Assembly (NCBI GenBank): GCA_030834985.1
Contig: JAUQWV010000001.1
Coordinates: 120,979 to 184,978, forward strand
Reading direction: 5' to 3'
Length of the DNA stretch: 64,000 bases
From: Candidatus Dojkabacteria bacterium
GTDB taxonomy: Bacteria > Patescibacteriota > Dojkabacteria > J137
Shown: positions 17,468 to 28,800 of the stretch, piece by piece
Layout: every line of letters starts with the position of its first letter
Numbering within the stretch: position 1 is the stretch's first letter
Program-made: the position numbers and the translations under genes
Notes under the pieces: generated by a model
Seen by the model: the letters and a program-made list of their open reading frames with translations, nothing else
What the model was told of the DNA's origin: nothing
Databases searched by the model: none

Positions 17468-18160
17468 ATGGAGCTAAAAAGCGGGGATATCTTCTACATA
17501 AAATCGAATAATCAATACTTTGTTTACAAATTGCTAAAAAAAGATAAAGAAACTGGAATTCACCATGTATTGGTGTATAAACCATTCGATTTAGAACCTA
17601 AAGGTCAAGACTTTGTTAACTTAGAAATTTACACCGCTCATATACCAATAGATACTCCAAAAGATTATAAAATTATTGGTCATGATGAAGTTAGTATTTC
17701 AGAGCTACAGGGTTTTTATGATTATTTAAAATTAACAGATTTTGCCAGATATTTAGAAGAAACAGATAGAAAGTTAGAAGACGTAGTGAATGCAGCAAAT
17801 GAACATTTTAGGCAGGCGGATGAAGCGTATAAAGTTGGAAATTATAGACTGGCAATTCAGAAATATACAGATGCATTAAATGAATTTCCATTATTCTATG
17901 AAGCAATAGATAGACGCGCTTTTACCAAAATGGCTTTAGGTGAATTTATAGATGCGATTAAAGATTTTCAGTTTTCGTTAATGATTAATCCTAATTCTGT
18001 TATTGCTGAATTTGCTATTGGTGAATGCTATTACAAACTTGGTGATTTTGAAAAGGCTGTTGAGCAATTTGATCGGACAGTAAAGATGTTTCCTGATGAT
18101 TCTCTTTCGCAGGAATGGTTAGAGATGAGTAAACGCGAGCTAGCAGCATTAAATAATTAG
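17468..18160 (+). CDS. TPR-repeat protein with an N-terminal domain of unknown function
   Basis: Three or four TPR-like repeats at the C-terminus (YKVGNYRLAIQKYTDAL..., GEFIDAIKDFQFSL..., GECYYKLGDFEKAVEQFDRTV). Confidence 0.6.
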   Translation: MELKSGDIFYIKSNNQYFVYKLLKKDKETGIHHVLVYKPFDLEPKGQDFVNLEIYTAHIPIDTPKDYKIIGHDEVSISELQGFYDYLKLTDFARYLEETDRKLEDVVNAANEHFRQADEAYKVGNYRLAIQKYTDALNEFPLFYEAIDRRAFTKMALGEFIDAIKDFQFSLMINPNSVIAEFAIGECYYKLGDFEKAVEQFDRTVKMFPDDSLSQEWLEMSKRELAALNN

Positions 18161-18161
18161 T

Positions 18162-19316
18162 ATGGATTTGTCAGCTGATCAGCAAAATGCAATTTCTACT
18201 CTACTAATGTGGTATAAAAATCCAAAGAAATCTGCATTTATAACTTTAGGTGGTTATGCGGGTACAGGTAAAACTACCGTTATTTCATTATTACGCAGTG
18301 AGCTTAATAAGCTGAATTCTGAAATTAAAGTTGCATTCTGTAGCTATACAGGTAAAGCTACTAGAGTACTATCTAACAGACTAAAAGAATCTAACTCTAT
18401 TTATTCAGATGATTCTATAAGCACAATTCATGCCTTAATTTATTCCCCAATGGTAGATGATTCAAATGAAATTATTGGCTGGGAACGGAAAAAAACGATG
18501 GATGTTAATCTAATAATAGTTGATGAAGCTTCAATGGTAGATGAAGCAATCTGGCGTGATCTTCTTTCTTACGGAATTCCAATAATTGCTGTTGGTGATC
18601 ATGGGCAATTACCACCAATAAACTCAAAATTTAACTTGATGGAAAACCCAAATTTAAAATTAGAACAAATTCATAGACAGGCTGAAAATAATCCAATAAT
18701 TGAATTATCTATAATGGCTCGTACTAGTGGGACTATTCCTACAGGAAAGTTTGGCACTAATATTAAAAGGTTTTTACGTAACGATTTTGATGCAACAGAA
18801 ACAATAACTGAACTTTTACAGAATTATAAAAGCGACATATTAGTTCTATGCGGGTTTAATACTACACGTGTAAAGCTAAATAGATATATTAGATCTTCAC
18901 TTGGGTTTGAAACTCAACTACCAGAGCCTCGTGATCGTGTTATCTGCTTAAAAAATAATAGTACTAAAAATATTTTTAATGGCATGCTTGGTAAGCTACT
19001 ATATGCTACAGATGTTGATGAAGATATCCTAGATGTAGGTATTCAGATGGATGAAGAAGATTCGGAATATAACGGCTTAATTTTAAAAGAACAGTTTAAT
19101 TCAAAAGAAACATTAACAAAAAAGGCTAATAAAGAGATTGATCTCTTTGATTTCGGCTATGCGTTAACTGTACATAAATCGCAGGGTTCGCAATCAAAGA
19201 GAGTTATTTTATTTGAAGAAAGAGCTGGAGCAATGGATAATGATATTTGGAAAAGATGGCTCTACACTGCAGTAACTAGAGCCGAAGAAGAATTATTTAT
19301 TATTGGTCGAGAATAG
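18162..19316 (+). CDS. SF1B RecD/Dda/Pif1-like ATP-dependent DNA helicase (minimal, 384 aa)
   Basis: Walker A GGYAGTGKTT, Walker B/motif II IIVDEASMV, motif III GDHGQLPPI, motif V/VI TVHKSQGSQ. Starts 2 bp after the TPR gene. Confidence 0.75.
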   Translation: MDLSADQQNAISTLLMWYKNPKKSAFITLGGYAGTGKTTVISLLRSELNKLNSEIKVAFCSYTGKATRVLSNRLKESNSIYSDDSISTIHALIYSPMVDDSNEIIGWERKKTMDVNLIIVDEASMVDEAIWRDLLSYGIPIIAVGDHGQLPPINSKFNLMENPNLKLEQIHRQAENNPIIELSIMARTSGTIPTGKFGTNIKRFLRNDFDATETITELLQNYKSDILVLCGFNTTRVKLNRYIRSSLGFETQLPEPRDRVICLKNNSTKNIFNGMLGKLLYATDVDEDILDVGIQMDEEDSEYNGLILKEQFNSKETLTKKANKEIDLFDFGYALTVHKSQGSQSKRVILFEERAGAMDNDIWKRWLYTAVTRAEEELFIIGRE

Positions 19317-19318
19317 TT

Positions 19319-20116
19319 ATGGACTTAGCAAATGTTGTAATTTTAGCTGTTGTTCAAGGATTAACTGAGTATCTACCAATATCTTCTACTGCACATCTTT
19401 TAGTTTTGCAAAAGTTATTGAATACGCAGCCGAGTGTTTTATTTACAATAGTACTACAGTTGGGAACAATATTCGCTAGTATAGTCTATTTTAGAAAGAA
19501 AATTCTATCGGTTATAAAACACTCGGCTGCCAACGTTAAAAGCGGAAATATTAAGAATGATTTTGGAGTATGGATTCTAATAGGAATTATTCCTGTTATT
19601 ATTGTAGGTTTTGTTGCTAGCAATTATTTAGATCAAATTTATAATTATCCAATAATCATTGTTATAACTTCTATAGCATTTGGCTTTATGTTCTATGGTA
19701 TTGAAGTGTTCTACAAAAGTTCTAAAACACATTTGCAGCAACAAGATTTAAAACTTATTAATATTGTAAAAATTGGTTTAATGCAGATTTTGTCGTTAAT
19801 TCCAGGTGTATCTAGGTCGGGTGCAACAATTTCTGGCGGTCTAGCGCAAAAAATAGATTTTAAAGAAAGTATCGAGATATCGTTTTTAATGAGTATTCCA
19901 GTTATGCTTGCCGCAGGAATTTATGAGTTACTAAAGCATATAGGTTCCTTTACTCCGGAGCTATTAACTCAACTTCTAATAGGCGTAATAATTGCTTATT
20001 TTGCCGGTTTAGTGTCTATAAAACTTACACTTGGTTTTTTACTACGCAAAGGATTTCTTCCTTTTTTGATATATCGAGTTCTTTTTGGACTTTTTGTATT
20101 GATTGTAGTGGCCTAA
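19319..20116 (+). CDS. uppP: undecaprenyl-diphosphatase
   Basis: BacA/UppP signature GLTEYLPISSTAHLLV, a polytopic membrane protein, and the second motif region PGVSRSGATISGG. Confidence 0.85.
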   Translation: MDLANVVILAVVQGLTEYLPISSTAHLLVLQKLLNTQPSVLFTIVLQLGTIFASIVYFRKKILSVIKHSAANVKSGNIKNDFGVWILIGIIPVIIVGFVASNYLDQIYNYPIIIVITSIAFGFMFYGIEVFYKSSKTHLQQQDLKLINIVKIGLMQILSLIPGVSRSGATISGGLAQKIDFKESIEISFLMSIPVMLAAGIYELLKHIGSFTPELLTQLLIGVIIAYFAGLVSIKLTLGFLLRKGFLPFLIYRVLFGLFVLIVVA

Positions 20117-20121
20117 ATAAC

Positions 20122-21573
20122 TTAGAAAGCAAAACTTAGGATTAAACATAGCATAAGTATTAGCACAGTTCCTCCTAAAAGAAGAGCTTTATAGACTTTT
20201 ATTCTTCTTATTGCTTTTTTGCTCTCTTCTATTGCATAAACTACAGTAGCTAGATTAGCAGAAAGTAAAATAATACTGCTTTTTTCTTTTGCGATATCAA
20301 CTGCACTATCTGTAACAAGATTAACATTTGCGATATTTAAATTCTGTAATTGATCATATCCACGGCTTATATATCCTACAGTGCCCTCTTTTTTTAGCAT
20401 TTCAATAATCTTATATTTATCAGAATTATCTGTATCTGCAAATATATTCCCGTCAGCAGCTAAGCCAATAGATCTTGCTATATGACTAGCTATCTCCTTT
20501 GATTCTTCTGTTACAATCTTAAGCTGAATTCCAAGGTGGCTAGCCTCTTTAACAGCAGCTGCAACACCTTCTTGTATTTGGTCATAATAAAAATATGTGC
20601 CTATATACTTGAATCCTCGATTATGTTTTATAGCAAAAGCTACTGCTTTTAATCCATTTTTAGAGTTTTGGATAATTTTATTTTGAATTTCAGCGGTGTC
20701 TTTTCTAGTTAATCCAAAAATATATTCCGGATCACCTTTTATGATTTCAAAATCTTTAAATTTTCTAGATGAAAATTTGTTAATAGGATCAAACGGAGTT
20801 TCATGCAATAAAAATTCACTCTGTTCCTCAACATTTAAGAGCTTTAAATAATGCAAAATACATTTATCTAATGGATCTGTACTTTCTACAACAGACAAAT
20901 AGCTATATTTTAAAAACTCTTGAATATCAATTACTGAATCGTAAGATTCTACATTTAATTTGTTTAGAGTGAATGTTCCTGGAATGTCTGTAATTAAAAT
21001 GTTTATTGTACTTAACTCCTTAATTGCATTAGCATTTTTAATAATAACTTTATGTTTAGATAGTTTAAGCGCGGTATTTTTTAGTACTTTAGAGAAGATA
21101 CCTCCAGTATATTTGGAAATTGAATTACTAGCGGCAGCGCGTGGATACTTAATATTTTTGCCTGTGGCAAAAACCTTAACAATTGCGCTGCCGCCAACTA
21201 CATAACTTCCAGAATATACAATCCCATCTTGAGAATTTCGCTGAAGATTTAGATTCTCTTTTTTTGTAACTTCTTTAGCATTTCCTTCTACAAGTATAGA
21301 TTCATCAACTAATAAACTATCTTGTTCTAAAACAAATGAATCTGCACAAACAATATCACCTGCCTTTAAGAATAAAATATCATCTGGAACAACAGCAGAC
21401 TTATCTACCCAAGATTTTTTACCGTCTCTTAGAACAAGTGCACGGTTAGTAACTACTTTTGAAAGTTGAGTAAAAACATCATTTTGCTTCTTAGCTGCTA
21501 AAGGAACTAGGTTTTCACCATGTACTCTTATTGCCTTTGTTGCTTGATTCCAGCCTAATCCTTCTATATTCAT
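20122..21573 (-). CDS. P-type ATPase-like protein with degenerate catalytic motifs and only one C-terminal TM helix
   Basis: Actuator-like LRDGKKSWVDKSAVVPDDILFLKAGDIVCADSFVL...VDESILVEGN (TGES replaced by VEGN); phosphorylation loop ITDIPGTFT (canonical SDKTGTLT; Asp kept, Lys lost); hinge GYISRGYDQL in place of GDGVND; a single C-terminal TM. Confidence 0.5.
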   Translation of the reverse strand: MNIEGLGWNQATKAIRVHGENLVPLAAKKQNDVFTQLSKVVTNRALVLRDGKKSWVDKSAVVPDDILFLKAGDIVCADSFVLEQDSLLVDESILVEGNAKEVTKKENLNLQRNSQDGIVYSGSYVVGGSAIVKVFATGKNIKYPRAAASNSISKYTGGIFSKVLKNTALKLSKHKVIIKNANAIKELSTINILITDIPGTFTLNKLNVESYDSVIDIQEFLKYSYLSVVESTDPLDKCILHYLKLLNVEEQSEFLLHETPFDPINKFSSRKFKDFEIIKGDPEYIFGLTRKDTAEIQNKIIQNSKNGLKAVAFAIKHNRGFKYIGTYFYYDQIQEGVAAAVKEASHLGIQLKIVTEESKEIASHIARSIGLAADGNIFADTDNSDKYKIIEMLKKEGTVGYISRGYDQLQNLNIANVNLVTDSAVDIAKEKSSIILLSANLATVVYAIEESKKAIRRIKVYKALLLGGTVLILMLCLILSFAF

Positions 21574-21576
21574 ATA

Positions 21577-22599
21577 TTATTGAATTAATATAGACAGATA
21601 TTCGCCATCAATACTTATTCCTATTTGACTGATATCTTTGTTTAATATGTTATTACGATAAGTTGGATTATTCGATATCTTATCGAAAATATTAGCTGCT
21701 GTTTTAGGTGCGCTAATGCGAATGTTCATTTCTGCATAGCATTCAACCCCAGCATTAGCGCACCGTTCTTTATACGATAATCCATTAGATTCAACTGTAG
21801 AAAGCGATTGGTTATTATTCATCCACTGTGCATGAGATGTAGATAAATTAATTAGTACATTATTGGTTTGCAAAGTGTTTAATTTATTTTCTACTCTTAA
21901 ATTATTACCTAAGCAAATTATTGCATTTTCTAAAGATAGTTCACTACAATTTTCAAAACTACTTTCTTCTTCGACTTCAGCAACTGGTTCAAAGTTTTGA
22001 TTTGCCGTAAGATCTCTTAACTCTTCTGGCAATAAATTTTGATTTCTTAATAAATCAAGTAATTTTACAAAACTTACATTTGAAGCATAAACTGTTTTAT
22101 CCAGCTGTCTAACTGTAAATCTATCAACTTCCTTAACTAAAATTTCATTTACCTTTGCTGTTGTACGATTATTTGCTGCACTTCCTTTTAGTACATGTAT
22201 ACTTACTGGATTAGAGTTAATGATATATTCTCCTGCTTCTAGAGTTATATTTTCTGTGCCAAACACTGTTTGTATGTTTTCTATAACGTGAAAATAAGTA
22301 ACTCCATTTAAATTATTTATTTTGTGTTGATCAACGATTAAAGATATTGAATTTGAAACAATTACATAAGCTTTAGATTTTATTATTGTCGGCTCACTAA
22401 ATGTCACCGCTTCTAAGTAGTCTACTTTAATTGAATCTTTTTGATTCAATAGGCTAACTTCAATAGGCAATATACCAATGGCTCTTGCAAGAAGTCCATT
22501 TGGTGATCTAAAAGACAGATAGCCTATAACTGCTAATGAAACTGCAAATACAACTAATGCAATTATAGTGATAACTTTTTGTGTAAGCTTAAGATCCAT
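21577..22599 (-). CDS. hypothetical membrane-anchored protein (340 aa)
   Basis: N-terminal TM helix; 4 bp upstream of the P-type-ATPase-like gene on the same strand. Confidence 0.5.
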   Translation of the reverse strand: MDLKLTQKVITIIALVVFAVSLAVIGYLSFRSPNGLLARAIGILPIEVSLLNQKDSIKVDYLEAVTFSEPTIIKSKAYVIVSNSISLIVDQHKINNLNGVTYFHVIENIQTVFGTENITLEAGEYIINSNPVSIHVLKGSAANNRTTAKVNEILVKEVDRFTVRQLDKTVYASNVSFVKLLDLLRNQNLLPEELRDLTANQNFEPVAEVEEESSFENCSELSLENAIICLGNNLRVENKLNTLQTNNVLINLSTSHAQWMNNNQSLSTVESNGLSYKERCANAGVECYAEMNIRISAPKTAANIFDKISNNPTYRNNILNKDISQIGISIDGEYLSILIQ

Positions 22600-22711
22600 A
22601 TTATTAATATGATATCAATATTTTGATACAAATTCATTCTTGATTGAAGCTTCTATTGATGATGGTATTAAAAAATAGTATTATCGCACTGATAATTATT
22701 AATAATAATCT

Positions 22712-23299
22712 ATGGCAAATTTGGATAGAAAACCTAGCAGACTAATGCCTAACTTGTTGCATATTTTAGGAGCATATACAAATGAAGAAAAAAATGTTGT
22801 AAATGCAATTATAGAAGTTAATGCTGGTAGTAGACATAAATACGAATTAATTACTGAAACTGGCCATTTAAAACTAGATAGAGTTGGATATTCATCTTTA
22901 GTGTATCCATTTACTTATGGAGCAATTCCTGGTACTTGGGATTTGGATGGTGATCCTTTGGATGTTGTTATTGTAAATGTTGATGAAGCTTTAGTTCCTG
23001 GTTCTTTAGTTGAAGCTAGAATCATCGGTGTTATGAAATTTGAAGACGACGGTGAAGTTGATGATAAGGTTATTGCAGTCTTAAATGACGATAAAAGAGT
23101 TGATCATATTACTTCGATTGAAGATTTAGGCGAATACTTTATAAAAGAAACAACTTATTACTGGGAGCATTATAAAGATTTAAAGAAACCTGGTACTGGA
23201 AAAGTAGAAGGATTCTTTAATACAGCTACAGCAGTAAAAGTTATTGATGAATGTGTAGAAAGATATAACACTGAATACGCACCTAAGCTTGAAGATTAA
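22712..23299 (+). CDS. ppa: inorganic pyrophosphatase, family I
   Basis: EVNAGSRHKYE, the DGDPLDVVIV signature, and AVLNDD. Confidence 0.9.
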   Translation: MANLDRKPSRLMPNLLHILGAYTNEEKNVVNAIIEVNAGSRHKYELITETGHLKLDRVGYSSLVYPFTYGAIPGTWDLDGDPLDVVIVNVDEALVPGSLVEARIIGVMKFEDDGEVDDKVIAVLNDDKRVDHITSIEDLGEYFIKETTYYWEHYKDLKKPGTGKVEGFFNTATAVKVIDECVERYNTEYAPKLED

Positions 23300-23332
23300 A
23301 ATTGTTAAAAATTTTTGACCAAGCATTAAAGA

Positions 23333-23366
23333 AGCCCGATAGGGCGAATGCCCTATCGGGCTTTTA
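23333..23366 (+). terminator. rho-independent terminator (gcccgatagggc-gaat-gccctatcgggc then tttt)
   Basis: 12 bp perfect stem followed by a T-tract, immediately after the ppa stop. Confidence 0.6.
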
Positions 23367-23444
23367 CGTGCTTTTAAGTTCACTTTTATTCTACCCTCAT
23401 TTGTGAAAATTTCCAATAGTTTTTGACAGAATTTTGGATAATTT

Positions 23445-25259
23445 TTATTTGTAGCCCTGAGCTTGAGTGTAAAAAGCCTCTGCATATTTGCCGTTTAGCT
23501 TTATTAATTCTTCGTGGGTACCACTTTCAGCAATTGCTCCGTGGCTTAAAACATAAATCTTGTCGGCTTTTCTAACTGTAGAAAATCTATGCGAAACAAT
23601 TATTACTGTTTTATTTGCAGAAAACTCGTAAAGTCTTTCAAAAATTTCATACTCAGCTTTTGCGTCTATAGCACTTGTAGGTTCATCTAATATTAAAATT
23701 GGAGCATCTCTAAAAAACGCTCTGGCTAAAGCAATTCTTTGCCACTGCCCACCTGAGGGGTTAATCCCTCCTTCAATAGATTTATCAAGTACCTGTTCTA
23801 ATTTATTCATATAGCTGTTAATAAATTCCTCGGCATCGGCTTTGCGGACTGCCTCCTCTACTTTAGCTGTATTACCTAAGTTTTTCATATCTCCTAACTC
23901 TACATTGGTTTTAACATTAAACTGAGAGTATCTAATAAAGTCCTGAAACAATACCCCGATTTTGGTATATAAGCTTTCAAAGGTTAAATCTTTAATATCT
24001 ACTCCATCTATTAAAATTGCTCCACTTGTTACATCGTAGAATCGGCATAAAAGTTTAATTAAGGTTGTTTTACCAGCACCGTTTACGCCTACAAGCGCGA
24101 TTCGTTCGCCTGATTCTATAATTAAATTAAAGTTCTTAAGTATATAATTTTCAGAATTAGTATATTTAAACCATACATCTTTAAATTCAATTACAGGAGG
24201 TTTTCCTGTTGCACTAAGCTCTTTTTTTCCTTCTATAACATTGTTCTTTAAATCTAAGAATTTAAAGAAATCTACTAAATACAAGCTGTCTTCGTATTGA
24301 TGACTTAGCTGTCTAAAGAAGTTTGCTAGCGCATTAGAAAAGTTGTTAGTTGAAGACACATAGAAAGTAAGTAAACCTAATGTTATTTCGCCATTTAAGG
24401 TTGCAACTATTGCAATAATCCAAAAGCCCAATGTTCCTAATACACTTAGATTTCCAAAGATTGATTCTAAGAAAGCTTTTCTAACTTGGTTAGTTCTTTC
24501 TTTTTGGGTAAAGCGATCATATATTCCGCGAACAATGTCCATTAAATATCCTTGGGTTCTAAAAATTCTCAACTCCATAATTGACTCTTCACGACCAAGA
24601 ACATCTTTTGCCCAAAAATATCTTCTTCGGTCCAGTGCATTGGCATCCCAGACTCCCCAAGAGCCAGAACCAAGTTTGATATTAACTATTAATCCAGGTA
24701 GTGTAGTCAACAAAACAAGTAAAAACGCAGGAAATGAAAAAGTTAGTACAATTGCAATACTGGATAGTATTCTTGCCACATCTCCTGTCATCCATATAAA
24801 CCTATTAGCAACGTTTGAAGGTTTATAGTCGTACATATCCCTAACTTTTTGAATAAGATTGTTTGTATCGTTATCTTCAAAATGATACATATCTAGTTCA
24901 GAGATTTTTTTCAGAAAAAGGGTTTCTATGAGTTGATTTACTGAAAAATAGTGGCTTTTTTCTGCCAACGCAAGGAGTGCCCAAGTTACTTTATCAATAA
25001 CATTAATGATAATTACTATAACGATGAATAAAAAGAGCTGATTTATTATTCTTTCTGATGGCGATATACCAAGTAAATGTACAATTTCGTCTATTACTTT
25101 ACTGTCTATATAACTGCTAAGAAACGGTAAAACAGATACCAAAATAAGGCATACAAATAAACCTGCAAATGCAAGCCTGTTAGCTTTATAAGTTAATTTA
25201 ATAATCTTTATGAAAGCTTTGAATATCTCCTTTTTATTTTTCTTTTCGCTTTTATCCAC
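23445..25259 (-). CDS. ABC transporter permease/ATP-binding protein (MsbA-like exporter)
   Basis: LVGVNGAGKTTLIKLL, PSGGQWQRIALARAF, ILILDEPTSAID, IVSHRFST; N-terminal 6-TM domain. Confidence 0.8.
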   Translation of the reverse strand: MDKSEKKNKKEIFKAFIKIIKLTYKANRLAFAGLFVCLILVSVLPFLSSYIDSKVIDEIVHLLGISPSERIINQLFLFIVIVIIINVIDKVTWALLALAEKSHYFSVNQLIETLFLKKISELDMYHFEDNDTNNLIQKVRDMYDYKPSNVANRFIWMTGDVARILSSIAIVLTFSFPAFLLVLLTTLPGLIVNIKLGSGSWGVWDANALDRRRYFWAKDVLGREESIMELRIFRTQGYLMDIVRGIYDRFTQKERTNQVRKAFLESIFGNLSVLGTLGFWIIAIVATLNGEITLGLLTFYVSSTNNFSNALANFFRQLSHQYEDSLYLVDFFKFLDLKNNVIEGKKELSATGKPPVIEFKDVWFKYTNSENYILKNFNLIIESGERIALVGVNGAGKTTLIKLLCRFYDVTSGAILIDGVDIKDLTFESLYTKIGVLFQDFIRYSQFNVKTNVELGDMKNLGNTAKVEEAVRKADAEEFINSYMNKLEQVLDKSIEGGINPSGGQWQRIALARAFFRDAPILILDEPTSAIDAKAEYEIFERLYEFSANKTVIIVSHRFSTVRKADKIYVLSHGAIAESGTHEELIKLNGKYAEAFYTQAQGYK

Positions 25260-25331
25260 CAGTGCATTATAACTCCAATTTCAATCGATTTTTATGTTAG
25301 TGATATACTATTATTAGTTATTCTTTAGATT

Positions 25332-25802
25332 ATGCTTCAAGTAAACGACTTAGCTCCCATAGACATTCCTCTTACGAATCTAGAGGGCAACAAAACTACT
25401 CTAAAAGAGTTTCTAAATAAAAAGTATTTAGTTGTCTACTTTTATCCAAAAGACGATACTCCTGGATGTACAACAGAAGCTTGTGAATTACGCGACTATA
25501 ATCAAGATATTGAAAAGTTAGGTGCAAGAATAATAGGCATAAGTAAAGATTCTCCAAAGTCTCATAACAAGTTTAAAAGTAAATATAATTTAAATTTTGA
25601 GTTACTCTCCGATGAATCTCACAACCTTCAGGAAGCTTTTGGTATTTGGCAGCAGAAAAAGTTCATGGGAAAGACCTATATGGGCACTGTAAGATCTACT
25701 TTCATCTTAGATAACACAGGAAAAATTATAAAAGTTTGGGAAGAAGTTAAGCCCCAAGGCCATGCGAAGGAAGTATATGAGTTCTTGAGCACCATATATT
25801 AA
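25332..25802 (+). CDS. bcp: thiol peroxidase Bcp (peroxiredoxin)
   Basis: YFYPKDDTPGCTTEACELRD (peroxidatic Cys motif PxxxTxxC). Confidence 0.85.
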   Translation: MLQVNDLAPIDIPLTNLEGNKTTLKEFLNKKYLVVYFYPKDDTPGCTTEACELRDYNQDIEKLGARIIGISKDSPKSHNKFKSKYNLNFELLSDESHNLQEAFGIWQQKKFMGKTYMGTVRSTFILDNTGKIIKVWEEVKPQGHAKEVYEFLSTIY

Positions 25803-25831
25803 AGGTATATAAGAAATATATTATAGGCTAG

Positions 25832-25859
25832 TTGTTTGCTCAGGTTTCTCTGCTATAAT
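25832..25859 (+). promoter_or_regulatory. putative promoter TTGTTT-16-TATAAT upstream of the surface-protein gene
   Basis: Hexamers read from the sequence. The ORF-track TTG start at 25836 lies inside this element, which argues for a downstream start. Confidence 0.3.
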
Positions 25860-25898
25860 GAACAAAAATATAGTACTTTAGTTGTTATTTATACTATA

Positions 25899-28800
25899 GT
25901 GAAACGACTAACACACCAACTGCGCATTGGTTTGTATTTATCAATGCTAGCAATGTATTTTATTTCTCCCTTGGCTCCATTAGTAGCCGCAGATAATCCC
26001 CCAAGCTCATACCCTAGCGTTTTAGAGCAAGACCTAACGGATGGAACTGTTGAAACACCAGTGGAAGAGGAAGTTCCTGAACAAGAAACTCCTGTAACCG
26101 AGGAAGAACTACCGCTTACTTATCCTACTTCAAGCCCTTTACTTGAAGTTCCAAGTAAGGTTGTAGAAGGTAAAAAGGTTACTTACAATAACATTACTAC
26201 AGGTACAACATATATTTATGATTTCAATAGCGCTGTAACAATTAACTTTGCTGCTTTACCAGAAGGTGAATGGCATTTAAATATTGAGGAAGTTCAAGTT
26301 ACAGTAGATGGTCAAACTACAACAGGTTATGAATTCACTTCGAATTTAGTAGATGGAACTTTTGAATATGCAATGACCTTACCAAATCCTTACGGAACTT
26401 CTGCAGTTGTCAAATATTCTGAAGATGGCACTACTTATCAAGAATTAACTAACGAAGAAGTAGTTAGCAATGTACTAAGGTTCACTGCTGATCACTTTAC
26501 TGTGTTTGTAGTTGTACCTGATGACATTGTTCCAAGTAATATTGTCTCTTACTTTCATCAAGGCTGGAGATTAACTAGAGTTGGTAATGCTTCTATTGGA
26601 TTAACGGATATTACGACAGCAGGAGCTACCAACGCTTTTGGCCCTGACATTATTGGTATGAGTAGACCTGGAGGAGCTGGAACAAACAGGTCATTTCTTG
26701 GTTATTTTGATTATGGAAGAAGATTAAATGAAATAGAACAGATAAAATGGAATAGATTTAGTAATATTGGTAATGATACTTACCTAAACATATTTATTAC
26801 AAATTCCTTTGGAGGTTTTGGTGTTTTAGGTACAACAGCTACAGTTGTTGTTAAACCTAGCATTACACCTGGTGTTTGGCAAGAAGGAGTATTTGATAGT
26901 TCATCAACAGTAGATCTTAGAGTAGGAGGAACAACCTATACGCTTACATGGTCAGAATTAATGTCAACATACGGAAATTGGTTCATATACAATGATGCAA
27001 ATATATTGGCTAATAGGCAAGTAGGCGGAATTGTATTTGTGTCAGGCTCTTCAAGCCCTACCGCACAGCAAGAACATTATTACGATGGCGTTACTTTGGA
27101 TTTTGTAGGTGAAGATCCAATATTTTATGATTTTGTTCAAGAAGTTCCTGAGCAACCGGTGATAGAGATCTTAACTCCACTTTCTGGTTCATATGTAAAA
27201 GGAACAGTTAATGTAAGAGCTAGAATTACAGATTCAGGCTACGGTTTAAATCCTGACTATATTTGGGCAAAATTCTCAGATGGTATATCTCCTGCTGAGT
27301 TTGGCCCAACTTTGATGACATTAGTTCCTGGCGAAACTGATATTTATCAAGCAAATATCAACACAGTTCCTAATAATGGACTTTATAGTGTTGGCGTTGA
27401 TGTAATTGACAATATCGGTATGGGGAGGTCTGCTAAAAATATAAACGTCACGGTAGATAATACAAGACCAACCTTAGTATTTAATAATCCTTCTGTAGCT
27501 AATCAGCTTGTAGGAAGCGACTTTACTGTTAGTGTAACAGCTACTGATAATACTGTACTTAATTATATTGCTGTAAACTTATACAATGCTACTAACACAA
27601 CCTTACTTGGAACTTGTGGTGTATCACCAACTAATCTTGGAGTAAGTACATATACGTTTGAATGTAATATTGATGTAGATTCTTTATCTGAAGGAATCTA
27701 TACTTTGCGAGCAGGAACTTTTGATGCTGCAGGTAATAATCAAACAACAACTGCAACATTTAAGGTTGATAAAACCGCTCCTGTGTTGACAATTAAAGGT
27801 AGCGTATATGGTAATAGCTACACGCCTGAATCAATTGGAGTTGGTCCCTTAAGTAATGTATTTCAAAAAGTTAGCTTTAAGTTATTTGATAATAACTTAA
27901 TTGATAAAGTAACTGTAAACGGTGTTGTAAATGATATGTCAAATAATCAATGGAGTGATGCTAACAACATAATACCAAATAATTACTGGGGTGCTGTTGA
28001 GGGATTAAATACAATTGTACTATTTGACGCAGCTGGTAACAGCACATCATATGACTTTGTATTAGATACTACAGCGCCAGCTACTCCACTTGGCTTACAT
28101 TATTGGGATCCAAGTACTAGTTCTGAGCTAGCATGCGGATCTATTGTTCAACCAAAAAGTATATGGCCAAGATGGGATGCTAATACAGAAAGTGATTTCT
28201 CTCATTATGAATACACATCATTTGATGTAACTACTTCTGCTCCATTCTGGAGAGTTGGATTAGATGAACAGGTTCTAACCATAAACGAATTTCAACATAG
28301 CTGGGTCCCACCTATGGATGGAATTTACGGTTATGCAGTACGTTCGGTAGATGAAGTAGGTAATAAGTCAGACTGGGCTTTGGGTGGTACAGAAACTCTT
28401 GAAGATAGTTGTCAGTATACGGTTGATAGAGTAAGACCAGTTGCACCTGTAATTGTTTACCCTGATGAAAATGATGCCTTTAATGTAATGCCTATTCTTA
28501 ATGATTGGGAACATGAAGAGGAACTATTAGGAATAGACTTTTATAGAGTTGCCTATTTATATGATGATGGACACGTATTCGGCGGCAGTACATGTCCTGG
28601 CTTACAACTAGAAATAGATGGAGAGCTTAAAACTGTTAGCGGTTGTAGAGACGTAACAGCATCACAAAGATTCCATGTTCCAGATACTATAGAAGAAGGC
28701 GGTGTGAATTTTAAAGTTCAAGCATTTGACTTAGCTGGTAACGAAGGTGAATGGAGTGAATGGCGACATTATTATTACGATATTACTCAGCCATCCTCAT

